Virus record (IMG/VR): IMGVR_UViG_3300032330_000317
Coordinates: 1-57,993 of that record
Strand: one strand, 5' to 3'
DNA: 57,993 nt
DNA from: a virus
Lineage: Duplodnaviria; Caudoviricetes
This document shows, one piece after another, positions 16,717 to 26,022 of the stretch. Under the pieces are notes generated by a model. The model saw only the letters and a list, made by a program, of their open reading frames with translations, made no database searches and had not been told where the DNA came from. How positions within the stretch are numbered: the stretch's first letter is position 1; each line of letters begins with the position of its first letter. Position numbers and translations under genes: made by a program.

Positions 16717-16724
16717 ATTAGTTA

Positions 16725-17696
16725 TTAAAATGTAATTGTTCCAGAAGCGGTATAAGTATAAATACGATAACCGCCTGACGATGTTACTGTTGGTGAACCT
16801 GTTGTAGATGTAGCAGCTCCATAAATTGTGGGATAACGAATAATCACAATACCGGAACCACCATTACCACCTACACCAGCACCAGAACCTGTTCCGCCTC
16901 CGCCACCTCCGCCACCAGAGTTTGTGCCACCAGCTCCACCACCACCAGTTGATGAATTACCATTTGCTCCTCCGTTTGAACCACCAGTACCAGCAACGTG
17001 TGATCCAGAACTATTTAAATATAGTCCACCACCACCGCCACCACCAGCTCCGCCATTTCCACCATTACAGCTTCTAGCACTATCTGAACCACCAGCACCG
17101 CCTCCGCCACCAGAGTAATATAAATTAGTACCTGAGATATTATATTGGCGACCAATACCCCCATTACCACCAGTACCATTACAAGAAGTTGTAACACCAT
17201 CAGAACCTATTCCACCTGCGCCTCCTCCGCCACCTGAAGCATACGCTCCAGATTGTGAAGTTCCAGCACCTCCAGCAAATCCATAGCCTGTTGCTCCACC
17301 AGTATTTCCTTGTGTAGCAGAACCTGCGGTACGACTACCCGAGGGATAGTGTCCACCACCACCAGAGCCACCAGAGCCACCACCCCCTGAAGTACCGCCT
17401 TTACCCCCACCATTAGACGTTATGGTGTCGAACACGCTATTACTTCCTGCTGTTCCAGTGCTGCCTGATCCACCTGCTCCAACGGTTACTGTATATGAAG
17501 TACTTGCAGTAACCGAATGACATGTTTGGTACGAAAGACCACCACCGCCACCACCGCCAGCAATAAATGTATTTCCACCACCACCGCCAGCTACAACCAA
17601 TACTTCAACGGCTGGTGGAGGAAGTACAACCCAAGTACCAGCAGCAATGGCTTGCATTTGTTGCGTTCTTGACCAAATCCCAGTTATATTAGGCAT
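16725..17696 (-). CDS. Glycine-rich tail fibre/receptor-binding module 2
   Basis: VLVVAGGGGG...GGSGIVIIRY...SGTITF. Confidence 0.7.
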   Translation of the reverse strand: MPNITGIWSRTQQMQAIAAGTWVVLPPPAVEVLVVAGGGGGNTFIAGGGGGGGLSYQTCHSVTASTSYTVTVGAGGSGSTGTAGSNSVFDTITSNGGGKGGTSGGGGSGGSGGGGHYPSGSRTAGSATQGNTGGATGYGFAGGAGTSQSGAYASGGGGGAGGIGSDGVTTSCNGTGGNGGIGRQYNISGTNLYYSGGGGGAGGSDSARSCNGGNGGAGGGGGGGLYLNSSGSHVAGTGGSNGGANGNSSTGGGGAGGTNSGGGGGGGGTGSGAGVGGNGGSGIVIIRYPTIYGAATSTTGSPTVTSSGGYRIYTYTASGTITF

Positions 17697-17703
17697 TGTT
17701 TTC

Positions 17704-18873
17704 TCAGAAAGTTATTGTACCAGAAGAGGTATATTTATAGATGTTATAACTACCATCAGTAGTTACTGTTGGTGAACCAGTTGTAGCAGAAGCGGTAGCT
17801 AGTGTTCTAATAATAACTACACCAGAACCTCCGCTTCCAGCAGCAGTAGTATTCTTACCACCTCCAGCTCCGCCTCCTGTATTAGCAGTTCCAGAAGTAC
17901 CAGCAAGTCCATTACCTGCACCATTACCGCCACCACCGTTACCTCCAGTACCCCCAACGGCAGTACTGCTGTTGTAAACAGAACCACCGCCACCACCACC
18001 AGCATAGTAAACACTAGTACCAGTAATAGAATTGGCGATACCTATACCACCATTTCCGCCAGCAGATGTCCCAGATACTGTAGTACCTACTCCACCAGCA
18101 CCACCACCGCCAGCAGATCCTTGGAATGGAGTGCCTCCTGACGTATCACCACCAGCATTTCCATAAGAAGTTCCACCAGCAGATACGCCTGATCCTGCTT
18201 GTGTAGATGTTCCACCAGCGTAGTTTGTTCCGTTGTTATTACCAGAACCACCACCAGAACCACCATTGACACCAACAGAATAGAAGCCTCCACCTCCACC
18301 GCCTTTAGCCACAATAACACTAGATCCAAAGACACTGTCATTGCCACTATTTCCGGGGACGGATCCGCATCCTTGAGTTACTGCTGTACCTCCAGCTCCC
18401 ACAGTTACTGTATAAGAAACTGAAGCAGTAGCTGCATATGCTGTCTTATAAACAACACCACCAGCACCACCGCCACCACCGCCATTAGCATTACCGGAAG
18501 AGGCTCCAACTCCACCACCACCTCCAGCTACAACCAATAGATCAAGCAATATGGCAGGAGTTACTGAATTACTTGATGCACTATTAGCACTGTTGCCATA
18601 AGAATTATTTGCAGCAACCTGAAACGTGTAAGCAGTGCCATTTGTTAAACCACTTACTGTAACTGGAGATGAAGATCCAGTTCCAATAATACAACTAGGA
18701 CTAGACCTAACTGTATAAGAAGTGATAGCACTTCCACCTACACATACTGGAGCTGTAAAAGCTACAGAGGCAGAGGCATAACTTGCCGTAGCTGTGCCAA
18801 TAGTTGGTGGATTAGGTGCTTTCTGCCCATTATATGTAGCAGTGATGAAGCCGCCTTGGTAACGCATTGACAT
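17704..18873 (-). CDS. Glycine-rich tail fibre module 1 with an N-terminal fibronectin type III domain
   Basis: PTIGTAT...VSGLTNGTAYTFQVAANN (FN3) followed by a glycine-rich domain ending SGTITF. Confidence 0.75.
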   Translation of the reverse strand: MSMRYQGGFITATYNGQKAPNPPTIGTATASYASASVAFTAPVCVGGSAITSYTVRSSPSCIIGTGSSSPVTVSGLTNGTAYTFQVAANNSYGNSANSASSNSVTPAILLDLLVVAGGGGGVGASSGNANGGGGGGAGGVVYKTAYAATASVSYTVTVGAGGTAVTQGCGSVPGNSGNDSVFGSSVIVAKGGGGGGFYSVGVNGGSGGGSGNNNGTNYAGGTSTQAGSGVSAGGTSYGNAGGDTSGGTPFQGSAGGGGAGGVGTTVSGTSAGGNGGIGIANSITGTSVYYAGGGGGGSVYNSSTAVGGTGGNGGGGNGAGNGLAGTSGTANTGGGAGGGKNTTAAGSGGSGVVIIRTLATASATTGSPTVTTDGSYNIYKYTSSGTITF

Positions 18874-18884
18874 AGCGTTACTCC

Positions 18885-19280
18885 TTAACTGATATCTTCG
18901 TAGCTAATGCTGTAAGTGATACCGCTGGAAGTTCCAGATGTCACTGTAATTGATGTGCCTTCTTGTAAATAAATTGCAGTTGTTTTATCAACAGCAATCA
19001 ATGAAGCATTAGCAGGAACAGATACTGTAGAAATAATTGGGTATGCAGTACCACCAGAAGGTGCGGAACCTGCAGCTACAGCACCGTTTGTATAAATAGA
19101 AATAGTAGCATTAACAGCAGCAGAGCCATTAACATTAGCAGCAACAATCTGATTAATTTTATAGACCTTACCGCTAGAAGCAGCATTAGGTAATAAAACT
19201 ACAGCAGTTGTACCTGATGGAGTTAAATAAGTTGTATTGCCATAAATGGCTGTTACGTTGGTGATATTTGGATTTGCCAT
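18885..19280 (-). CDS. Small beta-rich virion protein (fibre adaptor-like)
   Basis: 131 aa, S/T/V-rich; pattern similar to 31638-31973. Confidence 0.55.
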   Translation of the reverse strand: MANPNITNVTAIYGNTTYLTPSGTTAVVLLPNAASSGKVYKINQIVAANVNGSAAVNATISIYTNGAVAAGSAPSGGTAYPIISTVSVPANASLIAVDKTTAIYLQEGTSITVTSGTSSGITYSISYEDIS

Positions 19281-19289
19281 AAATTTTCC

Positions 19290-20846
19290 TTAGAAGCCCA
19301 TAACCATAGCGAAAGCAATTGCCTTACCTGCTGATACACCAGCAGTTCCCCATACTGGAGCAGAACCAGAACCTTGTGATAAGAGTGCTTGACCTGCTGT
19401 ACCTGCTGCACCAGTCAATGTCAAACCACTAGTAATGTTTGGTGTGGCAAGTGTAGGTGCAGTACCTAGAACAACAGAACCTGTACCAGTAGATGTACTG
19501 AAGTCTGTTAAACCAGCTTCCCAATCAGCAGCAGTTGTTAATGTTGTGCCAATACAAGTAACCATTGCAGTCACCTGAGCTGGAACAGTAATTACTGCAT
19601 TAGAGCCAGAAGAAACTACAGACAATGTACCTGTACTGTTATTACAGATATGGAAAGACCAGCCTGTACGCAGAGTACTAGTAACTGGAAGTTTTACAGT
19701 CTGTGTAGTTGTACCAGTAAACAATTGGTAAAACGTACTTGTATTAGTAAGAGTAGTTGTTCCAGCAGCAGTTGCTGTAGATGTGTACCCAGTAAGGTTT
19801 GTTAATCCATAAGATGGATTTGAAACATCAGAAAGATTATTAGCATTAACTAAAAATCCACCAGCAGTAAACGATGCCTGAGTCCATGCTGAACCAGTCC
19901 AAACATACAAAGTATTACTTGATGTGTTCCAGTATAAAGCACCAGTCAATAATGCATTTCCATCATTATCAATTGAAGGAGCAGTTGACTTACTGCCTAA
20001 ATATCTATCATCAAAAGCATCATAACTAGCAGCAGCATTAGTTTCACTAACAGCAGCGGCTGCAGCACTAGCAGCGGCAGCGGCAGTGCTTCCATACAAA
20101 GTATCAATGTATGTCTTATTTGTAGCATCAGAACCTGTAGTAGGTGTTCCCAAGCCAGTGACTTTATTTCCACCCATTGCAATGTCACCAGACATTGTTC
20201 CACCAGCCAATGCAAGTTTACCTGCTAAGGAGTTGGTAATTGTGGTAGCGAAGTTTGGATCATTGCCTAGAGCAGTGGCAATTTCATTAAGAGTATCAAT
20301 GGTAGATGGAGCACCATTAATCAAATCAGAAATGGCTGTATCTACATAACCTTTAGTAGCAGCATGACTACTTAATGTAGGAGTAGATACGTTATTGATA
20401 GTTGTATTAGTAACATCAATAGTACCAGTAACAGTTAAGTCAGTGGCAGTGATAGTACCTGCACCAATGTTAGCTACTGGAAGAGTAGCAGTACCAGCAA
20501 GATAGAAGTCTTTGAACTTGTAAGAACTGTTACCAAAATCTACAGTGTTAGTTGTGACAGGAAGTATTGCACCGTTCTGTACTCTAATTTGCTCAGTAGA
20601 TGTACCGCTAACATTAACAAACACACCGACTCTATTGTTTGTACCATCTACAACAACCTTATTTTTAGCTGTTGAATCAGCAACCAGAGGAATATAATCA
20701 CCCTCCGCTGCTGTACCATCGTGCTTGTGACCACCTGATTGAGCAAAAGCATCACGAAGAGCATTAAACTCATTATTAACAGGCGTAGCACGAATAACTG
20801 CCGTTGGCAAAATATCCGCTGATGATTGTCTTACATATCCACTCAA
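19290..20846 (-). CDS. Tail fibre (proximal, tail-anchoring) protein
   Basis: TTG start after GGAG. N-terminal tail-attachment region (NNEFNALRDAF...GHKHDG), AATKGYVD and APSTIDTLNEIATALGND fibre motifs. Confidence 0.8.
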   Translation of the reverse strand: MSGYVRQSSADILPTAVIRATPVNNEFNALRDAFAQSGGHKHDGTAAEGDYIPLVADSTAKNKVVVDGTNNRVGVFVNVSGTSTEQIRVQNGAILPVTTNTVDFGNSSYKFKDFYLAGTATLPVANIGAGTITATDLTVTGTIDVTNTTINNVSTPTLSSHAATKGYVDTAISDLINGAPSTIDTLNEIATALGNDPNFATTITNSLAGKLALAGGTMSGDIAMGGNKVTGLGTPTTGSDATNKTYIDTLYGSTAAAAASAAAAAVSETNAAASYDAFDDRYLGSKSTAPSIDNDGNALLTGALYWNTSSNTLYVWTGSAWTQASFTAGGFLVNANNLSDVSNPSYGLTNLTGYTSTATAAGTTTLTNTSTFYQLFTGTTTQTVKLPVTSTLRTGWSFHICNNSTGTLSVVSSGSNAVITVPAQVTAMVTCIGTTLTTAADWEAGLTDFSTSTGTGSVVLGTAPTLATPNITSGLTLTGAAGTAGQALLSQGSGSAPVWGTAGVSAGKAIAFAMVMGF

Positions 20847-20858
20847 GGTGTATTCTCC

Positions 20859-22418
20859 TTATCGCCTGTCATTCATAGAATAATTCAAGACCATTCCTTG
20901 AATCGTATGACTGGCATTGGTATCATTTGTCACATATCTAAACGAAATTGAAAAGCCTGAACCTTCAACATTTGTTTTAGCCACTGGTGATGGATTACCA
21001 TCATAAATAGCTGCTGAGTCATACAAAGATAAGTTGTAATAGGCAGCAGCAGCCGCAGTACTAATAAGATTATTTCGAGGGTTAAACACACCCACACTAT
21101 CTTCAAAGTCATAGGTAATACCCAAGACAATTGAAGCAGCTCCTTCGCCTTTTAAGAAGGTAGTTATATTATAAAAATTCTTTCTAATGGTAGGATCTTG
21201 GAAATAAAAGTAAGGTGTTTGATAAATACTTAATATTTCAGCACCATTAAAAGAAGTTCCTACTTCTTGTTTATGAACCTTACCAGTAGAATCACCATGA
21301 AGAACTATCTCATCTACTCCGATATAACCACTAGCAGCACAGGTAGCATAGAAATTAAACAAGGAACTAAACTCAAAAGCTAGTCCACCATTGTCTGCTT
21401 GTCTAAGTCCACCTAACAATCCTGTTGTTCCCTCCACTGGAGATAACAATCTAAATTGTGATTTCTTTCTTAGAATAACTGTGCTTAATGTTTCAGGATC
21501 AATTGATTCTGCAACAATATCATTTAATAAAGCACTAACAGTAAACTGAATCTGTCTAGAAATTGTTTCAATTTCAACGTCACCGATTCTATTAGTACCG
21601 GAGATAGGTCTAAATCCATCTGGACCTAAGAATAAAAGATTACCACCAAATTCAACAACACTATCTGGAACCAAACAACCTAGATTAGTTGTAACCTCTG
21701 ACAACACAAAGTCAGCTACGTTAGTGCCAGTTAAACTTTTAATTGCACTCTTACCAAAGATATATAAAGTATCACGGAATTGTTTAATCTGAATAATATC
21801 AAAGCCAACATTAATAATACCAGCACCATTAGCTGGATTAAAATCTGTCTCAGCTAGTGGTGAAGAGAAATATAAATTGTATGGATCTGTAGGATCACCA
21901 GCTAAGAACAAATGATTCTTAAATGGTGCAGAATACTTTGGACTGTTGGGTGCATTAGCATGCGTAATCTGAGTGTATGATGTGCCATCATAGATAGCAG
22001 CAGGATTAATACCATCAGTCAAAACTATCTTTGTAGTACTCCAGTTATATTTAGAAAACCTAACCTTCTTAACACCAGTCATTGTGACTGTGCCGGGTGT
22101 AGTAATGGCAGTCCAAGAAGAAGTGCCACTAACCCACTTATAAAAATAGTTTGTTCCTGCTGATGGTTTTCTACATGCAAAAATACCATCATTCAAAGTT
22201 TCAGCTACCATTACACCAAGAACATTACCTGTTCCTGTTACAGTGCCATAAGTATTAGTATATCCACTAATCCTTCTATAGCCACCAGTAATAGATGGCT
22301 CATAGTTTACAAGTTGTACAGCAGATCCGGGAGTAAGTTCACCTTGAGACAATACGTCTCCATTGGTGTTAAGACCACCAAGGCAAGAAACTTTAAACCC
22401 ATTAATCCGATCTGCCAT
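20859..22418 (-). CDS. Tail tubular protein B / nozzle (beta-propeller)
   Basis: GGLN N-terminus, beta-rich, 519 aa, directly after the adaptor gene. Confidence 0.75.
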   Translation of the reverse strand: MADRINGFKVSCLGGLNTNGDVLSQGELTPGSAVQLVNYEPSITGGYRRISGYTNTYGTVTGTGNVLGVMVAETLNDGIFACRKPSAGTNYFYKWVSGTSSWTAITTPGTVTMTGVKKVRFSKYNWSTTKIVLTDGINPAAIYDGTSYTQITHANAPNSPKYSAPFKNHLFLAGDPTDPYNLYFSSPLAETDFNPANGAGIINVGFDIIQIKQFRDTLYIFGKSAIKSLTGTNVADFVLSEVTTNLGCLVPDSVVEFGGNLLFLGPDGFRPISGTNRIGDVEIETISRQIQFTVSALLNDIVAESIDPETLSTVILRKKSQFRLLSPVEGTTGLLGGLRQADNGGLAFEFSSLFNFYATCAASGYIGVDEIVLHGDSTGKVHKQEVGTSFNGAEILSIYQTPYFYFQDPTIRKNFYNITTFLKGEGAASIVLGITYDFEDSVGVFNPRNNLISTAAAAAYYNLSLYDSAAIYDGNPSPVAKTNVEGSGFSISFRYVTNDTNASHTIQGMVLNYSMNDRR

Positions 22419-23131
22419 CAGAACACCCTAGCAGTAGAAGGTGTCTGAGTGATCATTGAAGATCTCATAAGGTTGGTTTCACCAATCAACAATCTACGCA
22501 TTGTCTTGATACCTTTTTCAAAGTTATCTCTGTGCAAAGCAGCACCTTGTTCATTGGATCTAAAGATCATCATGTACATCATTGCACCATCAATCAGAAC
22601 ATTTCTGAATCGATCAGGAACAACACATACATCTGAACCATTAATCAAGTCATCAGGGAAATACCAATAATTGTAATCAACAATATAAGCAGCATTAGCA
22701 ATTGGTGTAACGCCAAAAGATGTATTGTCTGGTGTGTCATATACAAACAAACCAGAACCCTGACCAGCAGTACCTGTCTGATCTTCTTTAGGTTTTTGTG
22801 TTTCGATATAAGCAGTGTAGGTAATGTAGGGAAGTTTCTTAGGGACATTACCCTGAGCTTCAAGTCTATTTAAATAGAAACTATCCCAGTCTACACTGGA
22901 CATGTTTGTTGGAAAAGTATACAGTCTTTGTCCGGCTGTAAGTGTCTGTGAATAAGACTCAGACACAAAAGGCCATTCTTGTGCAGAGTGCATCAATTCT
23001 CTAATGGATGAATTGATTGCGTCTTTAGCAAGACTTTGGATATTTCTCGCATTATCAAACTCAGTGGAGTCCATCTGGACTTCATTAAGTCTGCGTAGCA
23101 ATTCATTCGTTAAAGAAAGGTATGTTGCCAT
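22418..23131 (-). CDS. Tail tubular protein A / head-tail adaptor
   Basis: MATYLSLTNELLRRLNE...WPF pattern and position after the capsid genes. Confidence 0.75.
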   Translation of the reverse strand: MATYLSLTNELLRRLNEVQMDSTEFDNARNIQSLAKDAINSSIRELMHSAQEWPFVSESYSQTLTAGQRLYTFPTNMSSVDWDSFYLNRLEAQGNVPKKLPYITYTAYIETQKPKEDQTGTAGQGSGLFVYDTPDNTSFGVTPIANAAYIVDYNYWYFPDDLINGSDVCVVPDRFRNVLIDGAMMYMMIFRSNEQGAALHRDNFEKGIKTMRRLLIGETNLMRSSMITQTPSTARVF

Positions 23132-23143
23132 AACAGGAAAAGG

Positions 23144-23174
23144 AAAAAGAGAGGACTCTTTTGGAGTCCCCTCT
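23144..23174 (-). terminator. Rho-independent terminator after the capsid genes
   Basis: Minus strand AGAGGGGACTC-CAAAA-GAGTCCTCTCT followed by a T-run. Confidence 0.85.
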
Positions 23175-23187
23175 AGATCAACTAGCT

Positions 23188-23682
23188 TTAGGCCAGTTGC
23201 TCACGGTCCACAGAAGCGGGGCCAACACGGTCTTGTGCGTCAACGAGGACAGCAAAAACACGAACTGAACCAGCAGAGATAGCTGTGGTTGAAGCAGCGA
23301 TCAGCAAGTCCAAGGTGTCAGCAGATTGTGACACGATTGGGTAACCAGCAGTTGCAGGAGTAGCATAAGTGCCCACAGCAGTAGAGCCAGTCAATGCTTG
23401 TGCTGAAACGTAAGCAGCAGCGGTAACACCAGTCACGCCCAAGCTCATTGTAATATCGCCAGTGATAGCTGACAACACTTCAAAGCCAGCAGCCAACACA
23501 ATAGATTGTGCGGGAATCTGGAGAGCTTCGATAACGTCATTGATTGCCAAGGCAGAACCTTTAGCAGTGGTGGCGGTAGCAAAGTTGATAGTGTTTTCAA
23601 CAACATAAGGGATGTTGCGAAGAGCACGGCTAGGGTGAGTACCTGCGCCTACAGCATTAGAGAGAGTAGTAATAGTTGCCAT
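23188..23682 (-). CDS. Capsid decoration/cement protein
   Basis: A/T/V-rich 164 aa ORF between the major capsid gene and the terminator, with a strong RBS. Confidence 0.65.
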   Translation of the reverse strand: MATITTLSNAVGAGTHPSRALRNIPYVVENTINFATATTAKGSALAINDVIEALQIPAQSIVLAAGFEVLSAITGDITMSLGVTGVTAAAYVSAQALTGSTAVGTYATPATAGYPIVSQSADTLDLLIAASTTAISAGSVRVFAVLVDAQDRVGPASVDREQLA

Positions 23683-23695
23683 TTAGTGTTTCTCC

Positions 23696-24766
23696 TTAAG
23701 CAGCGTTGTATTTAGCAGTGACAAGTGCCTCAGGACGCAAAATCTTACGACCATAGAGGTGCATACCACGCACGATGTCAGCGAAGCTGTCGGGATCACG
23801 ATATGTCTCAGTCTTGGTGATCTGTTGGGCAGTTGCCACAGCAGAGTCATGACCAGCCACAATAACACCGAAGTTGCTGTTTTGGTTAGCTGTACCAGAA
23901 GTACCAGCACCTGTACCAACCTTAGGCAAGTTGTTAGAAACAAACACACGGAAGCCGTGCAAGTTATCTACCACCAAACCGTTTTGCAGACCAGCACCAC
24001 CGAACAAGTTGTTGAACAAGCGTGAATCTTCGTCCTTCAACAATTCGATAAAGATGGGGTCAACGACCAACCAACGACCGTTTGTGTCAACAAACTGTGT
24101 GTCCAACAAACGACCCATACGAGCAATCACTTGCAATGGAGTGGCTGTTGCTGTAGGTGCAGCAGTAGCACCGGGCAAACGTGGAGCCAAAGGAATGGAG
24201 TGATCGCCAGCAGAACCAGTGGTAATGTTGGAGAAGTCGCCCTTCTTCAGTTTCATTGTAGACAACAACTCGTCAGAACCAGCTTCGGACAAAGCCTTAG
24301 TGCCGGGGTAAGTTGTACGAGCTGTACCAGCTTGTGTGTGCTTTGCAGATTGTGCATAGCCAGACAAGTAGCCCAGAACGTCTTGATCATACTGGTCACG
24401 CAAACGATATGCTGCACGATCAGAAGCCATCTGCATGAAGTTCACATGTGAGTGAGCAGCTTCGATGTCATCAATCTTGAATGCATAGTAGTTAGCCTGA
24501 TCAACAACCAGTGTGAAGTCTTCGTCATTCAGGTCTTGTGCTGTGATTTGTGTACCACGAGCATAGTTCTGAACAGAAACTTCTGGCTCTTTGATGATCT
24601 TGACAGAGTCGCCCATGTTGGCGATTTCACCGAAGTAGTCATTATTTGTAATGGCTTCAACGGTAGACGATTTACGGAATGCAAGTTGTACTTGCTTGGA
24701 ATAGATTACTGGGCTAAAGTTACCATTAGGTAAATTGCCGTAACCTACAGCTTTTGGAAATGCCAT
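23696..24766 (-). CDS. Major capsid protein
   Basis: GNFSPVIYSK, NNDYFGEI..MGDSVKI, FKIDDIE and FADIVRGMHLYGRKILRPE; strong RBS AGGAGG. Confidence 0.92.
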   Translation of the reverse strand: MAFPKAVGYGNLPNGNFSPVIYSKQVQLAFRKSSTVEAITNNDYFGEIANMGDSVKIIKEPEVSVQNYARGTQITAQDLNDEDFTLVVDQANYYAFKIDDIEAAHSHVNFMQMASDRAAYRLRDQYDQDVLGYLSGYAQSAKHTQAGTARTTYPGTKALSEAGSDELLSTMKLKKGDFSNITTGSAGDHSIPLAPRLPGATAAPTATATPLQVIARMGRLLDTQFVDTNGRWLVVDPIFIELLKDEDSRLFNNLFGGAGLQNGLVVDNLHGFRVFVSNNLPKVGTGAGTSGTANQNSNFGVIVAGHDSAVATAQQITKTETYRDPDSFADIVRGMHLYGRKILRPEALVTAKYNAA

Positions 24767-25002
24767 GATTTATCCTCCTAAGATATAAGGGCATATAATT
24801 AAATACGCTTTACATCACCTCAGAGGCTGTGTTCTATTGGGTGTGTAAATAGTAGGAACGCCTCCCTAAAATCTACAGGCCAACAAACTTCAGGTAATTC
24901 TGATAGCTTACTGTTTTGCGTTAACTTTTCCAGAGCCTAAGGTGGTTATTGCGGTAACGGCTTAGGCTCCAGAGTGAAAGGCCACAAGGTGACCAATGAT
25001 AA

Positions 25003-25031
25003 AGTTATATCAGTAATATAACTTTTGTCAA
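25003..25031 (-). promoter_or_regulatory. Putative capsid promoter with an overlapping 10-bp inverted repeat
   Basis: Minus strand TTGACA-N16-TATAACT. AAAGTTATAT (25001-25010) and ATATAACTTT (25016-25025) form a perfect inverted repeat. Confidence 0.65.
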
Positions 25032-25034
25032 TAC

Positions 25035-25901
25035 TTATCGAGCACTACCACTCAAATCGTATACAAACTTACCAGATTTAATAGCTTTTGAAATAGCTTC
25101 TTGGTTAGCTTCATACTCAAAGCTGGTCATTTTATTCACTTGAGACTCATAGAAAGTACCGTTTGTATCTTCAGGAGCAGGGGTAGAACGAGCACCTCTA
25201 GTGCCAACGCTCTGTGCTGCTTCTTTAGGACTAGTTTCTTTCTTAGTCTTAATACCTTTGTCAGCTTTATACAAGTCAATGGCTCGGGCTGCTGCTTTAG
25301 CGTCTGAGTCATTCTCATACAAAGCCTGTTGCACCCACTTAGGCTGGTCTTCAACCCAGTCATGGAATGCATCATCGTCACGGATAGAACCAAAGTCTGG
25401 ATGCAAACGCATCAATTCAGCTTCTGCTCTTTCCTTGGCGGTTTGTTGTTCTCTTTCATCAAGCTGACGGAATCGGTCTTCAATTTCTTTAGCCTGTTCC
25501 TTAGCCTTCTTCATAGCAATGGTTTCAACAATCTTAGCAACATCAGGATACTGTGATGCCCATTCATTAAGTTCTTCCTCAGTTTTAGGGAACTTAATTT
25601 GCTTAGTAGTAGACTGCTCCAGTTGAGCTTTCAATGCATCAATCTGACTTTGCAGTTGCGTTTGTTGCTGCTGAGAATGTCTACGAAGATCACCATAACG
25701 CTTCTTAAAGCTCTTCTCTTCTGCACTCTCTGGTTCAGCACCAGTGTCTGTTGGTTCTTCTTCAGATGGCTTATTAGCTGCCTGAAGTTCTTTCAACTCT
25801 GCCTCTTCTTCCTTAATACGTTCCTCAGTAGAGTTACGTTTACCGAAAGGAGAGAACGCTTTTACTTCTTGCTTTTGATCAAGCACTACTTCTGTTGTCA
25901 T
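25035..25901 (-). CDS. Capsid scaffolding protein
   Basis: Acidic coiled coil with FKKRYGDLRRH and HPDF motifs, immediately upstream of the major capsid gene. Confidence 0.8.
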   Translation of the reverse strand: MTTEVVLDQKQEVKAFSPFGKRNSTEERIKEEEAELKELQAANKPSEEEPTDTGAEPESAEEKSFKKRYGDLRRHSQQQQTQLQSQIDALKAQLEQSTTKQIKFPKTEEELNEWASQYPDVAKIVETIAMKKAKEQAKEIEDRFRQLDEREQQTAKERAEAELMRLHPDFGSIRDDDAFHDWVEDQPKWVQQALYENDSDAKAAARAIDLYKADKGIKTKKETSPKEAAQSVGTRGARSTPAPEDTNGTFYESQVNKMTSFEYEANQEAISKAIKSGKFVYDLSGSAR

Positions 25902-26022
25902 AAATTACCTTTAAAGTTGGGGCTAACTGTAGCTGTCAATACAGGGAGATAGGTAGCCAATGATGGTGGGAATTATTAAGTACCTGTCTGCCCACCTCAG
26001 ACTTAGGTATTCAAATTATATA

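Noticed and set aside
14027-18873. ccacc/ccgcc repeats as a CRISPR array, or a diversity-generating retroelement target
   Set aside because: The repeats are glycine codons. There is no repeat-spacer periodicity, no reverse transcriptase gene, and no adenine-specific TR/VR pair was seen.
20190-20225. LALAGG in the tail fibre, and VVAGG in the glycine-rich modules, counted as AxGG tags
   Set aside because: These belong to common fibre structural motifs (L.L.GGTM.G.I and the glycine-rich domain start), so they were excluded from the motif count.
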